DNA of 39,482 nt from Ignavibacteria bacterium. GTDB lineage: Bacteria > Bacteroidota > Ignavibacteria > Tepidaquicellales > OLB5. The stretch spans positions 1 to 39,482 of the forward strand of contig JAOADS010000002.1 of NCBI GenBank assembly GCA_026417195.1. The letters run 5' to 3'. The position numbers were made by a program, and so were the translations under genes. Positions 19,180-28,256 of the stretch are shown one piece after another; positions within the stretch are counted from its first letter, which is position 1, and the number at the start of each line of letters is the position of its first letter. The notes below the pieces were generated by a model. That model did not search any database. It saw only the letters and a list, made by a program, of their open reading frames with translations, and was not told the origin of the DNA.

Positions 19180-20747
19180 GTTTTAAGAAAGATTACATAA
19201 ATTATCTGCTTCATAGACTGATAAACTCTGCTGAAAATAATCTACATAACAATCAAAGAGTCAGGAACATAGCAGAGAAAATTATTTCAGCAAATGATAT
19301 TGTTAAGATAACTTTTCTGGTTGGGAAGACAGCTGGTATGGAAATGTTGTTTAAATACCTTCTCTACATTTCTGACAAAATAGATAAATCCCAGATTTCA
19401 ATTTTCAACTTAAAGGAAAATTTTCAGTATGACCTTAAGAATCTCGAGAAAATTTTCAGTGATATATCAGAATATGAAGCGAAAACCGAAGACGAAATCA
19501 TTAAGATAGATGAAAGCAATGATTTAGCTGAGACACCGGAAACAGAGATAACGGTTGAGGAGAAAGAACCTGATGTAATTCAGATAACGGAGGATATTTA
19601 CGAGGAGGAAGAGCGTGACCCATTAGGAAATGATGAATCACTTACACTGATTGAAAACAGGGATTACACAAGCGAAGTTTTCGAGCTTGACTCAGAAGGA
19701 AGTGAAGAAAATCTGTCTGAAGAAACAGAAAAAGTGACTTCAGAACAGCATGAAAAGTTACCAGACCTGGAAATAGAAATCAGGAAAACTGTTTTGCAGG
19801 ATGATGGCGTGAAGGAAGAAACAGTTACCAATGAAGCATATAACAGATTCGAAACAAGATTTTTTGAAGATGTAAAGATTCTTGAGAAGCTCTTTTCTTC
19901 CGTTGAAAGAGACTGTAACTCTGAAAACAAGGATCGTATAAAATGTCTGCAATCTCTAACGGAGATTATAGGAATTACTTCAGAATTATCAGGGCTTGCA
20001 CGCCAGTTGTCATTTGATCTTATTGCTGACATTTTCCATACAATGAACATGTATTTCACCAAGGCGATAAGTGATCCCGGAGTTATTAGTTCCGACAGAC
20101 TCAAGTTATTTGATTCATCTCTTGCTCTTGTAAACAGTCTTATTAAAAATGAAGATTATCTTAATTATGATTATGTAATTGATAAAATAGAAAGACTTAA
20201 ATCGGAAATAAGCAGTGAAGAAGCAGAAGAAGTAACAAAATATGTAACTGAAGATGATGCAGATGGTATTAAAGAATCGGGTGAAAAGGAAGAAACTGAA
20301 GTGTATGAAAGTGAAGAATATATTTCATCTGATACAAAAGACATTTCTAAATCAATTAGCGAAAAACAGGATCCGGTTAATTTCAAACTCAGGTATCTCA
20401 TTAAGGAATTTGAAAGAATCTTCAAGGACATATCTGAACTCAGCAAAGAGTATGATAAGTATGAGGCAATTGAAAGATCTGCTGAACTCAATCAGGTGCT
20501 TAGACTTATAGCCAGAATTGCATCATCAGCAAGGATGGATGACGTGCTAAGACTTGCAGAAGTTACGTATGTTTTCCTGAAATATGTCAGGGATTACAGG
20601 ATGAACCTGCTTGAAACTGAAATACAGCAGATTATCAAATATATCATTTTCACATTCAAGATGCTTTTAACCAACAGGAAACCTGAGGACTTTAACGTTC
20701 TCGTTCAGCACCTTAATAATCCAGTTAAAATTTTCACAGAGGGGTAA
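19176..20747 (+). CDS. Highly acidic hypothetical protein (523 aa): three helical modules separated by Glu/Asp-rich linkers
   Basis: ATGA overlap with alr and a 3-nt gap to manC. Long E/D/S-rich tracts span roughly aa 110-230 and 340-400. Confidence 0.6.
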   Translation: MSFKKDYINYLLHRLINSAENNLHNNQRVRNIAEKIISANDIVKITFLVGKTAGMEMLFKYLLYISDKIDKSQISIFNLKENFQYDLKNLEKIFSDISEYEAKTEDEIIKIDESNDLAETPETEITVEEKEPDVIQITEDIYEEEERDPLGNDESLTLIENRDYTSEVFELDSEGSEENLSEETEKVTSEQHEKLPDLEIEIRKTVLQDDGVKEETVTNEAYNRFETRFFEDVKILEKLFSSVERDCNSENKDRIKCLQSLTEIIGITSELSGLARQLSFDLIADIFHTMNMYFTKAISDPGVISSDRLKLFDSSLALVNSLIKNEDYLNYDYVIDKIERLKSEISSEEAEEVTKYVTEDDADGIKESGEKEETEVYESEEYISSDTKDISKSISEKQDPVNFKLRYLIKEFERIFKDISELSKEYDKYEAIERSAELNQVLRLIARIASSARMDDVLRLAEVTYVFLKYVRDYRMNLLETEIQQIIKYIIFTFKMLLTNRKPEDFNVLVQHLNNPVKIFTEG

Positions 20748-20750
20748 AAA

Positions 20751-21839
20751 ATGAAATCTTATGCTATTGTAATGGCTGGCGGAGTTGGAGCAAGGTTCTG
20801 GCCTTACGGAACTTCCAAGTTCCCCAAACAATTTCTTCCCATATCGGATACCAGGGATTCTATGCTTCAGCTCACCATTAAAAGACTTCTGGATTTGTTT
20901 GATATGGAAAATATATTTGTTGTCACAAACAAACAATATATCAGCCTTGTTAAAAATCAGCTGCCTAAACTTCCTAAAGATAACATAATAGGAGAACCTG
21001 TTGGAAGGAACACGGCACCCTGTATCGGGCTTGCCTGCACAATATTAAGACAGTTTGATGAAAAAGCCAATATGTTTGTTGTTCCTGCTGATCACCTGAT
21101 AGAAAATCAAAAAGAATTTAACAGATCAGTTAGTGCTGGACTTAAATTCATAGAGTCCAACGATTCAATAGTCACGCTTGGCATTGTCCCGACACATCCG
21201 GAGACCGGATATGGCTATATACAGTTTCTGGAAGATGCTTACTACAGAGATGAGGAATTTTCGAAAGAAATTTATAAAGTTAAGACTTTTGCGGAAAAAC
21301 CTTCACTTGACGTAGCTAAGGTTTTTTTAGAAAGCGGGGATTTTCTGTGGAACAGCGGAATGTTTATTTTCCGGGCAGATGTTATGATTCAGCAGATTGA
21401 GAAGTTTTTACCGGATTTATTTCACCAACTGAAAAAAATTGAGAAAGCCGTACATTCTTCAGATTACGAGAAGGTTCTGGAAAAGGTATTCGGTGAAATT
21501 AAAGGTATTTCAATTGATTACGGCGTGATGGAAAAATCAAAGAATGTTTATGTTATTAAATCTGATTTTAAGTGGAGTGACCTTGGAAGTTGGGATGAAG
21601 TTTACAGGATAAAGGCTAAGGATTTAAACGGAAATGTTATAATAGGTGACACCTATGTAAAAAATTCTTCCGGTAATCTTATAATGTCGCCAAAAGGTTT
21701 TACTGGTGTGATCGGAGTTGATGATATGATAATTATAAATACCAAGGAAGGTGTGCTAATATGCAAGAGAGAAAGATCTCAGGACGTTAAGGAAATAGTG
21801 GATTATTTAAGAAGAAAGGGGCTCAGTGATTTTATATGA
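20751..21839 (+). CDS. manC: Mannose-1-phosphate guanylyltransferase
   Basis: AIVMAGGVGARFWP, GEPVGRNTAPCI, VVPADH, GYGYIQ, FVEKP-like FAEKP, WNSGMFIF, WSDLGSW. Confidence 0.85.
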   Translation: MKSYAIVMAGGVGARFWPYGTSKFPKQFLPISDTRDSMLQLTIKRLLDLFDMENIFVVTNKQYISLVKNQLPKLPKDNIIGEPVGRNTAPCIGLACTILRQFDEKANMFVVPADHLIENQKEFNRSVSAGLKFIESNDSIVTLGIVPTHPETGYGYIQFLEDAYYRDEEFSKEIYKVKTFAEKPSLDVAKVFLESGDFLWNSGMFIFRADVMIQQIEKFLPDLFHQLKKIEKAVHSSDYEKVLEKVFGEIKGISIDYGVMEKSKNVYVIKSDFKWSDLGSWDEVYRIKAKDLNGNVIIGDTYVKNSSGNLIMSPKGFTGVIGVDDMIIINTKEGVLICKRERSQDVKEIVDYLRRKGLSDFI

Positions 21840-22237
21840 TAAAGAGAATTTCACATATTGGAATAGCTGTAAGAGATTTAAATAAAGCTTCAGAGGTGTT
21901 TGGAAAGCTTTTGAACTCAACTCCCAGCAATGTTGAATATGTTGCTGAACAGAAAGTAAATGTAGTAAAGTTTAAAGTCGGAGAGTCAACGATAGAACTT
22001 CTTCAGGGAACTGACACGGATTCTCCAATTACTAAATACTTAGAAAAACGAGGGGAAGGCATTCATCATGTTGCTTTCGAAACTGATGATATACATAAGG
22101 AAATCATCAGGCTTGATTCAGAAGGTCTTGAGTTAATAAACAAAGAACCCAAGGTAGGCTCAGACAGCATGCTTATTGCTTTCCTGCATCCTAAATCTCT
22201 CTGCGGAGTTTTAACAGAAGTTTGCAAACATCGTTAA
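21836..22237 (+). CDS. mce: Methylmalonyl-CoA epimerase (VOC superfamily)
   Basis: ISHIGIAVRDL, IELLQG...SPITKYLEKRGEGIHHVAFETDDI, IAFLHPKSLCGVLTE. Confidence 0.85.
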   Translation: MIKRISHIGIAVRDLNKASEVFGKLLNSTPSNVEYVAEQKVNVVKFKVGESTIELLQGTDTDSPITKYLEKRGEGIHHVAFETDDIHKEIIRLDSEGLELINKEPKVGSDSMLIAFLHPKSLCGVLTEVCKHR

Positions 22238-22244
22238 ATCTGAT

Positions 22245-23402
22245 TTGGCAGAACTGAAAAAAGTTTTATTTCTCTCGGAAGGACAACTTGGAGATTGTCT
22301 TGTGCTAACGCCGGCTTTAAGAGCCTTAAAAGAAAAGTTCCCTCATTTACATATTACTGTATTAGTGATGTACAGAAGAAATTATGCTTATTTCTGGAAT
22401 GGTAATCGGGAAAACTATCCGGATGTAGCCTGCATCAAACCAAGTAACTTTACCGGAACAGCTGAGGTATTTAAAGATAATCCATATGTTGACAGTGTAT
22501 TTGAGATGGACAGGGGAGCAATCAGAAAATTAAAGGGACTCCAGAGAATAAAAACGGAAATAAGGAATATTTTTACACTCAGGGCTGAAGGATTTGATGC
22601 AGTTATTTGTAATTTCCCTGAGGACAGGTTTTCAATTTACGCTTTTCTTTCCGGCGCTAAATTCAGGATCGGTGAAAGGCCTTCAGCATTTAGTTTCCTT
22701 CTTAACAGAAAAACGGATGTAAGTCAAGAAGAAAAGGGAGTTCTGGAGTATTTTATATCACTTCTTTCGCCACTTGGTGTTGAAAATGGAAAAAAAGATT
22801 TATTCTTCAACGTATCTGAAGAAGATGTGAAGTGTGCCGGTAGTTTTCTGCGAGAAAGCGGATGTCTGGAGTCAGATATAATAGTTGGAATTCACCCGGG
22901 TTCCAGTCAGGATGACAGGAAGTGGCTTCCTCAGATGTTTTCACTTCTGATTGATAGGATAAGGGACAAATGCAAAATCGTTATATTATATTCAGATTAC
23001 GATGCAGATTTTGTTAATGAGATAAGAAGAAATTCGGAATCAGAAGTATTGACCGTAAGAACTGAATCACTGAAAACACTGGCTGCATACATAAAAAACT
23101 GCAGGTTCTGTATAACACATAGTTCAGGACCGAGGCATCTTGCGGCAGCAATAGGTGTTCCGGTAATAGGACTTTTTGAAAAAAGAGACGATATCAGGTG
23201 GGGCATATATGACACCGTTAAATATCCGGTGATTAAAACCAGAAAGGGATGCCCCGTTTGTCCGGCGGATAAATGTCTCGGGATTATTCCGGATGGTAAA
23301 TACGGTTCATATTGTATGCGTAATATAGATTCAGATGAGGTGTTTGATAAAGTAAATGAATTCATAGAGCAACATGGAAATTCTTTTCCGAAACAGATAT
23401 GA
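22245..23402 (+). CDS. Glycosyltransferase family 9 (heptosyltransferase-like)
   Basis: LGDCLVLTPALRALKEKFP at the N-terminus, HPGSS...RKWLP, and CITHSSGPRHLAAAIGVPVIGLF at the C-terminus. Confidence 0.8.
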   Translation: MAELKKVLFLSEGQLGDCLVLTPALRALKEKFPHLHITVLVMYRRNYAYFWNGNRENYPDVACIKPSNFTGTAEVFKDNPYVDSVFEMDRGAIRKLKGLQRIKTEIRNIFTLRAEGFDAVICNFPEDRFSIYAFLSGAKFRIGERPSAFSFLLNRKTDVSQEEKGVLEYFISLLSPLGVENGKKDLFFNVSEEDVKCAGSFLRESGCLESDIIVGIHPGSSQDDRKWLPQMFSLLIDRIRDKCKIVILYSDYDADFVNEIRRNSESEVLTVRTESLKTLAAYIKNCRFCITHSSGPRHLAAAIGVPVIGLFEKRDDIRWGIYDTVKYPVIKTRKGCPVCPADKCLGIIPDGKYGSYCMRNIDSDEVFDKVNEFIEQHGNSFPKQI

Positions 23403-23863
23403 GAATTTATATTTTAGCTTTTTGTTTGATCTTAAATTATATGAAAACTCATTCACAGAATGACGTAATAAATAACTTGAAGTGGATCGCAGATAACTGG
23501 ATATATTCTGATGATTCAAAAAATTTAGTTATATACGAGAGCTGGGAGAAAACTGAAAAGGGTTATAAAGGTTATTCTAAAAAAGTAAAAGACGGTAAAA
23601 CAGTATTTGAGGAATTTCTTTCTGTTGAAAAGGAGGACGGCGAGATATTCTATATTGCTGATGTTAGCCACAATCCGAAACCTGTGAAATTCAGGCTGAC
23701 CTGTAATGACCTGAATGAAGTTGTTTTTGAAAATCCAGAACATGATTTTCCGAAGAAAATAAGATATAAGCTTATCGATGATAAGGAACTTGATGTTTTG
23801 ATTCAGGGAGAAGTGAATGGAACTATAAGAACTGTTAATTACCTTATGTCAAGAATTAAATAA
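23399..23863 (+). CDS. Secreted small beta-rich protein, DUF6265-like
   Basis: Signal peptide; W..DNW...; VFENPEHDFPKKIRY motif as I recall it for DUF6265. Confidence 0.45.
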   Translation: MRIYILAFCLILNYMKTHSQNDVINNLKWIADNWIYSDDSKNLVIYESWEKTEKGYKGYSKKVKDGKTVFEEFLSVEKEDGEIFYIADVSHNPKPVKFRLTCNDLNEVVFENPEHDFPKKIRYKLIDDKELDVLIQGEVNGTIRTVNYLMSRIK

Positions 23864-23875
23864 ATTTAACCTTAT

Positions 23876-24685
23876 ATGCAGGAATACAGTATTGAAAAAT
23901 TAACAGAACTTGCACTTGGATATTTGCCTAAGTTGGCTCTTGCTATTATCACTCTGATAGCAGGCTTGTGGTTTATAAAACGTATGGTTAGGCTCATTGG
24001 AAAGGTTATGGATGCAAGGCAATTAGATCCTTCATTAAAACCTTTTCTTACAGGAATAGCACGTGTGGGGATGATTCTGCTTTTAGTCATAAGCGTTATG
24101 CAGATGATAGGAGTGGAAATGACTTCTTTTATTGCATTGATAGGTGCAGCAGGACTTTCAGTGGGCATGGCTCTGTCGGGCTCTCTTCAGCATTTTGCAG
24201 GAGGGGTTTTGCTTCTTATTTACAAACCATTCAGAGTAGGAGACGTAATAGAGGCTCAGGGACAGAGAGGTATAGTTCAGGAGATTGGTATGTTCTCTAC
24301 CATTATAAATACAATAGACAATAAGAGGATTTTTATTCCTAACGGACCTCTTTCAACTGGAACGATAATAAATTTCACGGCTGAGGATAAACGCAGATTA
24401 GATATGGAATTAAGCGTAAGTTGTCGTAATGATATTGATGAAATAAAATCTATTATAAAACAGATACTGAATTCAGAAAACAAAGTTTTAAAAGAACCTG
24501 AGCCTTTTATAGGCGTATCAGGGATTTCACAGGACGCTATGAACATAGCAATAAGAGTATGGACTAAAACCTCTGATCTACTGCCAGCTGAATTTTCTCT
24601 GAGAGAAACCATAAAAAAGGAATTTGACAGAAACGGTATTGAAGTTCCCATACAGCAGATCGAGGTAAAGATGAAAGGTAGCTGA
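23876..24685 (+). CDS. Small-conductance mechanosensitive channel (MscS family)
   Basis: Three N-terminal TM segments, a pore helix (IALIGAAGLSVGMALSGSLQHFAGGVLLLIYKPFRVGD), and a beta-domain (G.V.EI....T...T.DN+.I.IPN). Confidence 0.85.
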   Translation: MQEYSIEKLTELALGYLPKLALAIITLIAGLWFIKRMVRLIGKVMDARQLDPSLKPFLTGIARVGMILLLVISVMQMIGVEMTSFIALIGAAGLSVGMALSGSLQHFAGGVLLLIYKPFRVGDVIEAQGQRGIVQEIGMFSTIINTIDNKRIFIPNGPLSTGTIINFTAEDKRRLDMELSVSCRNDIDEIKSIIKQILNSENKVLKEPEPFIGVSGISQDAMNIAIRVWTKTSDLLPAEFSLRETIKKEFDRNGIEVPIQQIEVKMKGS

Positions 24686-24695
24686 AACTCTGAGG

Positions 24696-26657
24696 ATGAT
24701 CGGTGGAAACGTCTCCCGCACGGAATATATATCTTTTTTAGTTTTATCTTTTCTTTTAGCTTCAGTTCCTACATCAGTAAGTTCTTATTTTGCAAATTAT
24801 ACAGATCTTATTAAAGCATCTGTCATAAAAACCGCAGGTAGTTTCTATCTGATCTTAATGTCATATCTGTTTTACAGAGTCTCCGGTAAGAGCTTACTTA
24901 AACTAAGCATTAAAACCTCTGACATACTAATTTTATGTTTTTTTGTTTCACTATTAGTTTCAACTTTATTTTCAATTAACTCAGAAATCAGTTTTAAGGG
25001 TCAATATTACCGTCAGATGGGATTACTGCTTTACATTTATCTGGTACTGATTTATTTTTTCATTTCTTATCAGGTTAGTGAAGATAACATATATAAGTTT
25101 TTCCGTGTTATAGAGTTTACGGCATTTTTAATTTCAATATATTCCTTATTACAAGTTCTTTCAGTTGATTTTTTTTCTCTCCAGCCGGCTGACCAGAAAA
25201 GACCGGTATCTACACTTGGAAGCCCGGTATTTCTCGGAGGATTTCTCGTATGTGTTCTGCCTTTTTCACTTTTAAATCAGTCGGAGTGGAAGTTAAAAAC
25301 AGTTAGATTTCTATTTCCGTCAGTTATAATTACAGCAATAGTTTTTTCCGGGACAAGATCTGCCTATATAGCTTTATCTGTGCAGTTAATTGCAGGACTT
25401 ATTATTTATTTTTACAAGAACTACCATCAAAAAAGTCTAAAGTATGTTCTTGCTGCATTGTTTGCCTGTGTAATTACAGTTTCAGCCCTGGTGTTGTTTT
25501 TTCCAGACAATCTGTATGTTAAAAGGTTAACCAGTTTGTTCAGCTGGAATGAAAATCCTCGTCTTATTCTCTGGAGAGATTCATTTGGAATTTTTATTAA
25601 TTATCCGCTGACAGGTGCAGGACTTGGAACTTTTTCCAGGGCGTTTGAGGATTTCTATTCGTTTGAGTTAAGGATGTCTGAGATTGATAAGTATTTTGAC
25701 AATCCTCATAATAATTTTCTGAACTATTTTTATTCCGCCGGTATATTCGGTTTTCTGTTATACACAGCTATATTGATTTATGGTTTTATTTCCTCTTTAA
25801 AGTCTTATTTATTTTTGAGAAGAAAACTTTTCTTAAGCTTTGCCCTGTTCTTTGCAGGATATTTCACATACGGGTTAACTAATTTTGATGATGTAACCAT
25901 TATTTTTTATTTTTTTGTTTTGTTTTCTTTTTTCAGGAAGACTGTTGACTACAAAATCTTATACGAATTTTCTGTAAACAAGTATGTTACAGTGATATTT
26001 ATTTTATTTGTTCTGGTATTTTCTGTTTATATATCATTTAACACAGTAAATGAATTAAGGGCTGACAGATTTTATAAGCAGGCTCTTATGAATATGCGGG
26101 ATAAAAAAACTAAAGAGACAATAGATAATCTTAATAAAGCAATTTTAACAGCTCCACATAATGCTGTTTACAGATATGAACTTTCAGTATATGTGCTTGA
26201 TATTTGTTCAGTAGTCAGGTCTGAAGACAAGAACTACCTTCTCAAACAGGTAGCAGAAGAAATTTCAAGAGCGAGGAGAAACTATATAAGTTCACTTGAA
26301 TGTGATGAAGTTCTTTCAATGGTTTACTTTGAGTCGGGAGAGAATGAAAAAGCTGAAAAGATGAAAACGGAGATACTTCACCGGGATTCAGTAAATATAA
26401 ATTACAGGATGAGGCTTGCTGATTTTCATATGAGGAATAATTTCCCTGAAAAGGCCAAGAAGGAACTTGAAATTATATACAGATATCATCCTTTCAGTCT
26501 TAAAGCAGCCTATCTGGGTGCCTACTTGGGATATCTCATGGAAGATAAAGAGACTCTTATGAAATACTGTAAAGTTATCTTTAGCTACGAAAAAGATAAC
26601 CAATACGCAAGAGAGTTAATACGGAAATTCACAGATAAGCATCTAACACCGCCTTAA
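24696..26657 (+). CDS. O-antigen-ligase-like (Wzy_C) polytopic membrane protein with C-terminal TPR-like helical domain
   Basis: SGTRSAYIAL and GAGLGTF...DNPHNNFLNYFYSAGIFG motifs typical of the O-antigen ligase family. The last ~200 aa are soluble and helical-repeat-like. Confidence 0.72.
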   Translation: MIGGNVSRTEYISFLVLSFLLASVPTSVSSYFANYTDLIKASVIKTAGSFYLILMSYLFYRVSGKSLLKLSIKTSDILILCFFVSLLVSTLFSINSEISFKGQYYRQMGLLLYIYLVLIYFFISYQVSEDNIYKFFRVIEFTAFLISIYSLLQVLSVDFFSLQPADQKRPVSTLGSPVFLGGFLVCVLPFSLLNQSEWKLKTVRFLFPSVIITAIVFSGTRSAYIALSVQLIAGLIIYFYKNYHQKSLKYVLAALFACVITVSALVLFFPDNLYVKRLTSLFSWNENPRLILWRDSFGIFINYPLTGAGLGTFSRAFEDFYSFELRMSEIDKYFDNPHNNFLNYFYSAGIFGFLLYTAILIYGFISSLKSYLFLRRKLFLSFALFFAGYFTYGLTNFDDVTIIFYFFVLFSFFRKTVDYKILYEFSVNKYVTVIFILFVLVFSVYISFNTVNELRADRFYKQALMNMRDKKTKETIDNLNKAILTAPHNAVYRYELSVYVLDICSVVRSEDKNYLLKQVAEEISRARRNYISSLECDEVLSMVYFESGENEKAEKMKTEILHRDSVNINYRMRLADFHMRNNFPEKAKKELEIIYRYHPFSLKAAYLGAYLGYLMEDKETLMKYCKVIFSYEKDNQYARELIRKFTDKHLTPP

Positions 26658-26660
26658 GGC

Positions 26661-27034
26661 GGGGAAAGTTCATATAAGCCGGATTCTGTACTTCATAAGC
26701 TGAAGTGACAGCCATTTGTCTCAGCGGCCTACCCTGCAGCATCGGGCGGGCAACCCTCAGGCGCTGCTTTATTTGGCCTTGCACTCAGACGGGGTTTGTT
26801 TTGCATACAGCCATTACTGGCTGTAACGGTGGTCTCTTACACCCCCTTTTCACCTTTTCCCTGATTTACCAGGGTAGTTTAGTTTCTGTAACACTTTCCG
26901 TCACACGGGTTTTCCCCGATGTGCCCACAGTTTAAGTTTACTCGGAAACTGATCCTGTGGCGTCCAGCCCTTGAGTGTCCGGACTTTCCTCTCCTTCAGT
27001 GAAAAAGAAAGAGCGGCTGCCATGAACTTTCCAG
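26661..27034 (-). ncRNA. rnpB: RNase P RNA, bacterial type A
   Basis: Minus-strand read: P1 is GGAAAGUUCAU (27032-27022) paired with AUGAACUUUCC (26673-26663). The universal GAGGAAAGUCCGGAC motif, GGUGAAAAGGGGGUGUAAGAGACCACC, GCAAGGCCAAAUA and ACAGAAUCCGGCUUAU are all present in canonical order. The region is a GC-rich island in AT-rich DNA. Ends are accurate to a few nt. Confidence 0.92.
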
Positions 27035-27070
27035 ATGTAAAGATAACTATATATGATGCTAAATATAAGG

Positions 27071-27490
27071 CTAATTTTTTTTATCAATTGCCATATTTGC
27101 CAGGCGGTCTGCAGCTTTATTCTTCGTTCTGGGTATGTAATTAACAGAATAACTGACTCCCAGTTTCTTCACCAATACATGGAACCTGTTATTCATTAAA
27201 GCAAGTTCCGGATTTTTTACCATATAGTCAAAATTAATCTGTTTTACAAGCAATTGGCTGTCAGAGTAAAATTCAACTTTCAGAATTTCTTCTTTATGTA
27301 GTATTTTTTTGAGGATCTCGAGACTTTTTAATATTGCTTTATATTCAGTCTGATTATTTGTTGCAATACCGATGAATTCATTGTAGCTTTCAAGAATGAA
27401 ATCGTTTTCATCGTAAATTATAATCCCTATTCCTGAAGGGCCGGGATTTCCTCGCGATGCTCCGTCGGTATGGACTTTTAAAGTTTGCAA
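27071..27490 (-). CDS. Ribonuclease HI family protein (short type-1 RNase H)
   Basis: DEDD residues in context: HTDGASRGNPGPSGIG, ATNNQTEYKAIL, FYSDSQLL, NKAADRLAN. TTG start. Confidence 0.8.
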   Translation of the reverse strand: MQTLKVHTDGASRGNPGPSGIGIIIYDENDFILESYNEFIGIATNNQTEYKAILKSLEILKKILHKEEILKVEFYSDSQLLVKQINFDYMVKNPELALMNNRFHVLVKKLGVSYSVNYIPRTKNKAADRLANMAIDKKN

Positions 27491-27516
27491 ATTCAGTAGT
27501 AAATTTTAAGGACAGA

Positions 27517-28254
27517 TCAGCTATTGGAGTCATTGATTAATTCTTCAGATATAAGAATTCTGCCGCATGACTCACAGGAATAAAATTTCTCTGCCATCCT
27601 GATCTCTATAGCTTTCTGCGGCGGGACTGAACTGTAGCATCCTAAACAGGAACCTTTTCTGACTATGGCAACAGCTTCTCCGAATTTAACTTTGTTGATC
27701 ATTTCATAGTTATCAAGATCTTCACTGTTTATTTTTAAGACAAGTTCTTCCCTTTTTTTCTGAAGTTCATTTTCTTCTTCTTCTGTTTGCTTTGTTAGTT
27801 CAGATAGTTCAGCAAGGTTTTGTTCAAGTTCTTCATTTAATTCCTTCAGTTGTTCATTTATAACTGAAAGTTCATTTTCAAGAGATGTTTTTTTTTCGGA
27901 ATATTCATTTTCAAGAAATTTTTCATTTTCTGATATTTTTGTTTTTGCTTCCTGTATTTCCAGAGCTATGGCATCATATTCCTTATTTGTTTTTACTTTT
28001 CCGGTTCTCAGCAGTTCATCATTTTTTTCAATTTTTTCAAGAAGCAAATCGTTTTCTCTGGATTTTTCTTTTTCTGCCTGAAGGATGATATTCAATTCTG
28101 AATTTATTTCGTTGCTTCTTGTATTAAGAGTATCTATCTCAGATTTCAGTTCTTCAATTCTTGCAGGCAGATCACCTCTGAGGGAATAGAGTTCACTTAA
28201 CTCTTTATCAATCTGACAGAGTTTATACAATAATATCAGTCTTTCTTTTATCAT
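27517..28254 (-). CDS. Coiled-coil protein with C-terminal C4 zinc ribbon (COG1579; HP0958/CT398-like)
   Basis: A long heptad-rich E/K/L region followed by CLGC...(20 aa)...CESCGRIL. Confidence 0.8.
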   Translation of the reverse strand: MIKERLILLYKLCQIDKELSELYSLRGDLPARIEELKSEIDTLNTRSNEINSELNIILQAEKEKSRENDLLLEKIEKNDELLRTGKVKTNKEYDAIALEIQEAKTKISENEKFLENEYSEKKTSLENELSVINEQLKELNEELEQNLAELSELTKQTEEEENELQKKREELVLKINSEDLDNYEMINKVKFGEAVAIVRKGSCLGCYSSVPPQKAIEIRMAEKFYSCESCGRILISEELINDSNS

Positions 28255-28256
28255 AT

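Noticed and set aside
19664-20491. Long antisense ORFs (146 aa and 106 aa, minus strand) plus short sense-strand ORFs inside the acidic-protein gene.
   Set aside because: The Ser/Leu-rich translations are what antisense reading of GAA/GAT-rich codons produces. They have no RBS and are fully nested in a better ORF.
26705-26935. 76-aa plus-strand ORF from the ORF track.
   Set aside because: It lies entirely antisense within the RNase P RNA. Its Cys/Gly/Pro-rich translation is a by-product of the GC-rich structured RNA.
27035-27070. Dedicated rnpB promoter in the 36-nt spacer after the RNase H gene.
   Set aside because: TA-rich hexamers are present (TATATA, TAGTTA), but none is convincingly spaced relative to the predicted 5' end. 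I cannot separate a promoter from read-through plus processing using sequence alone.
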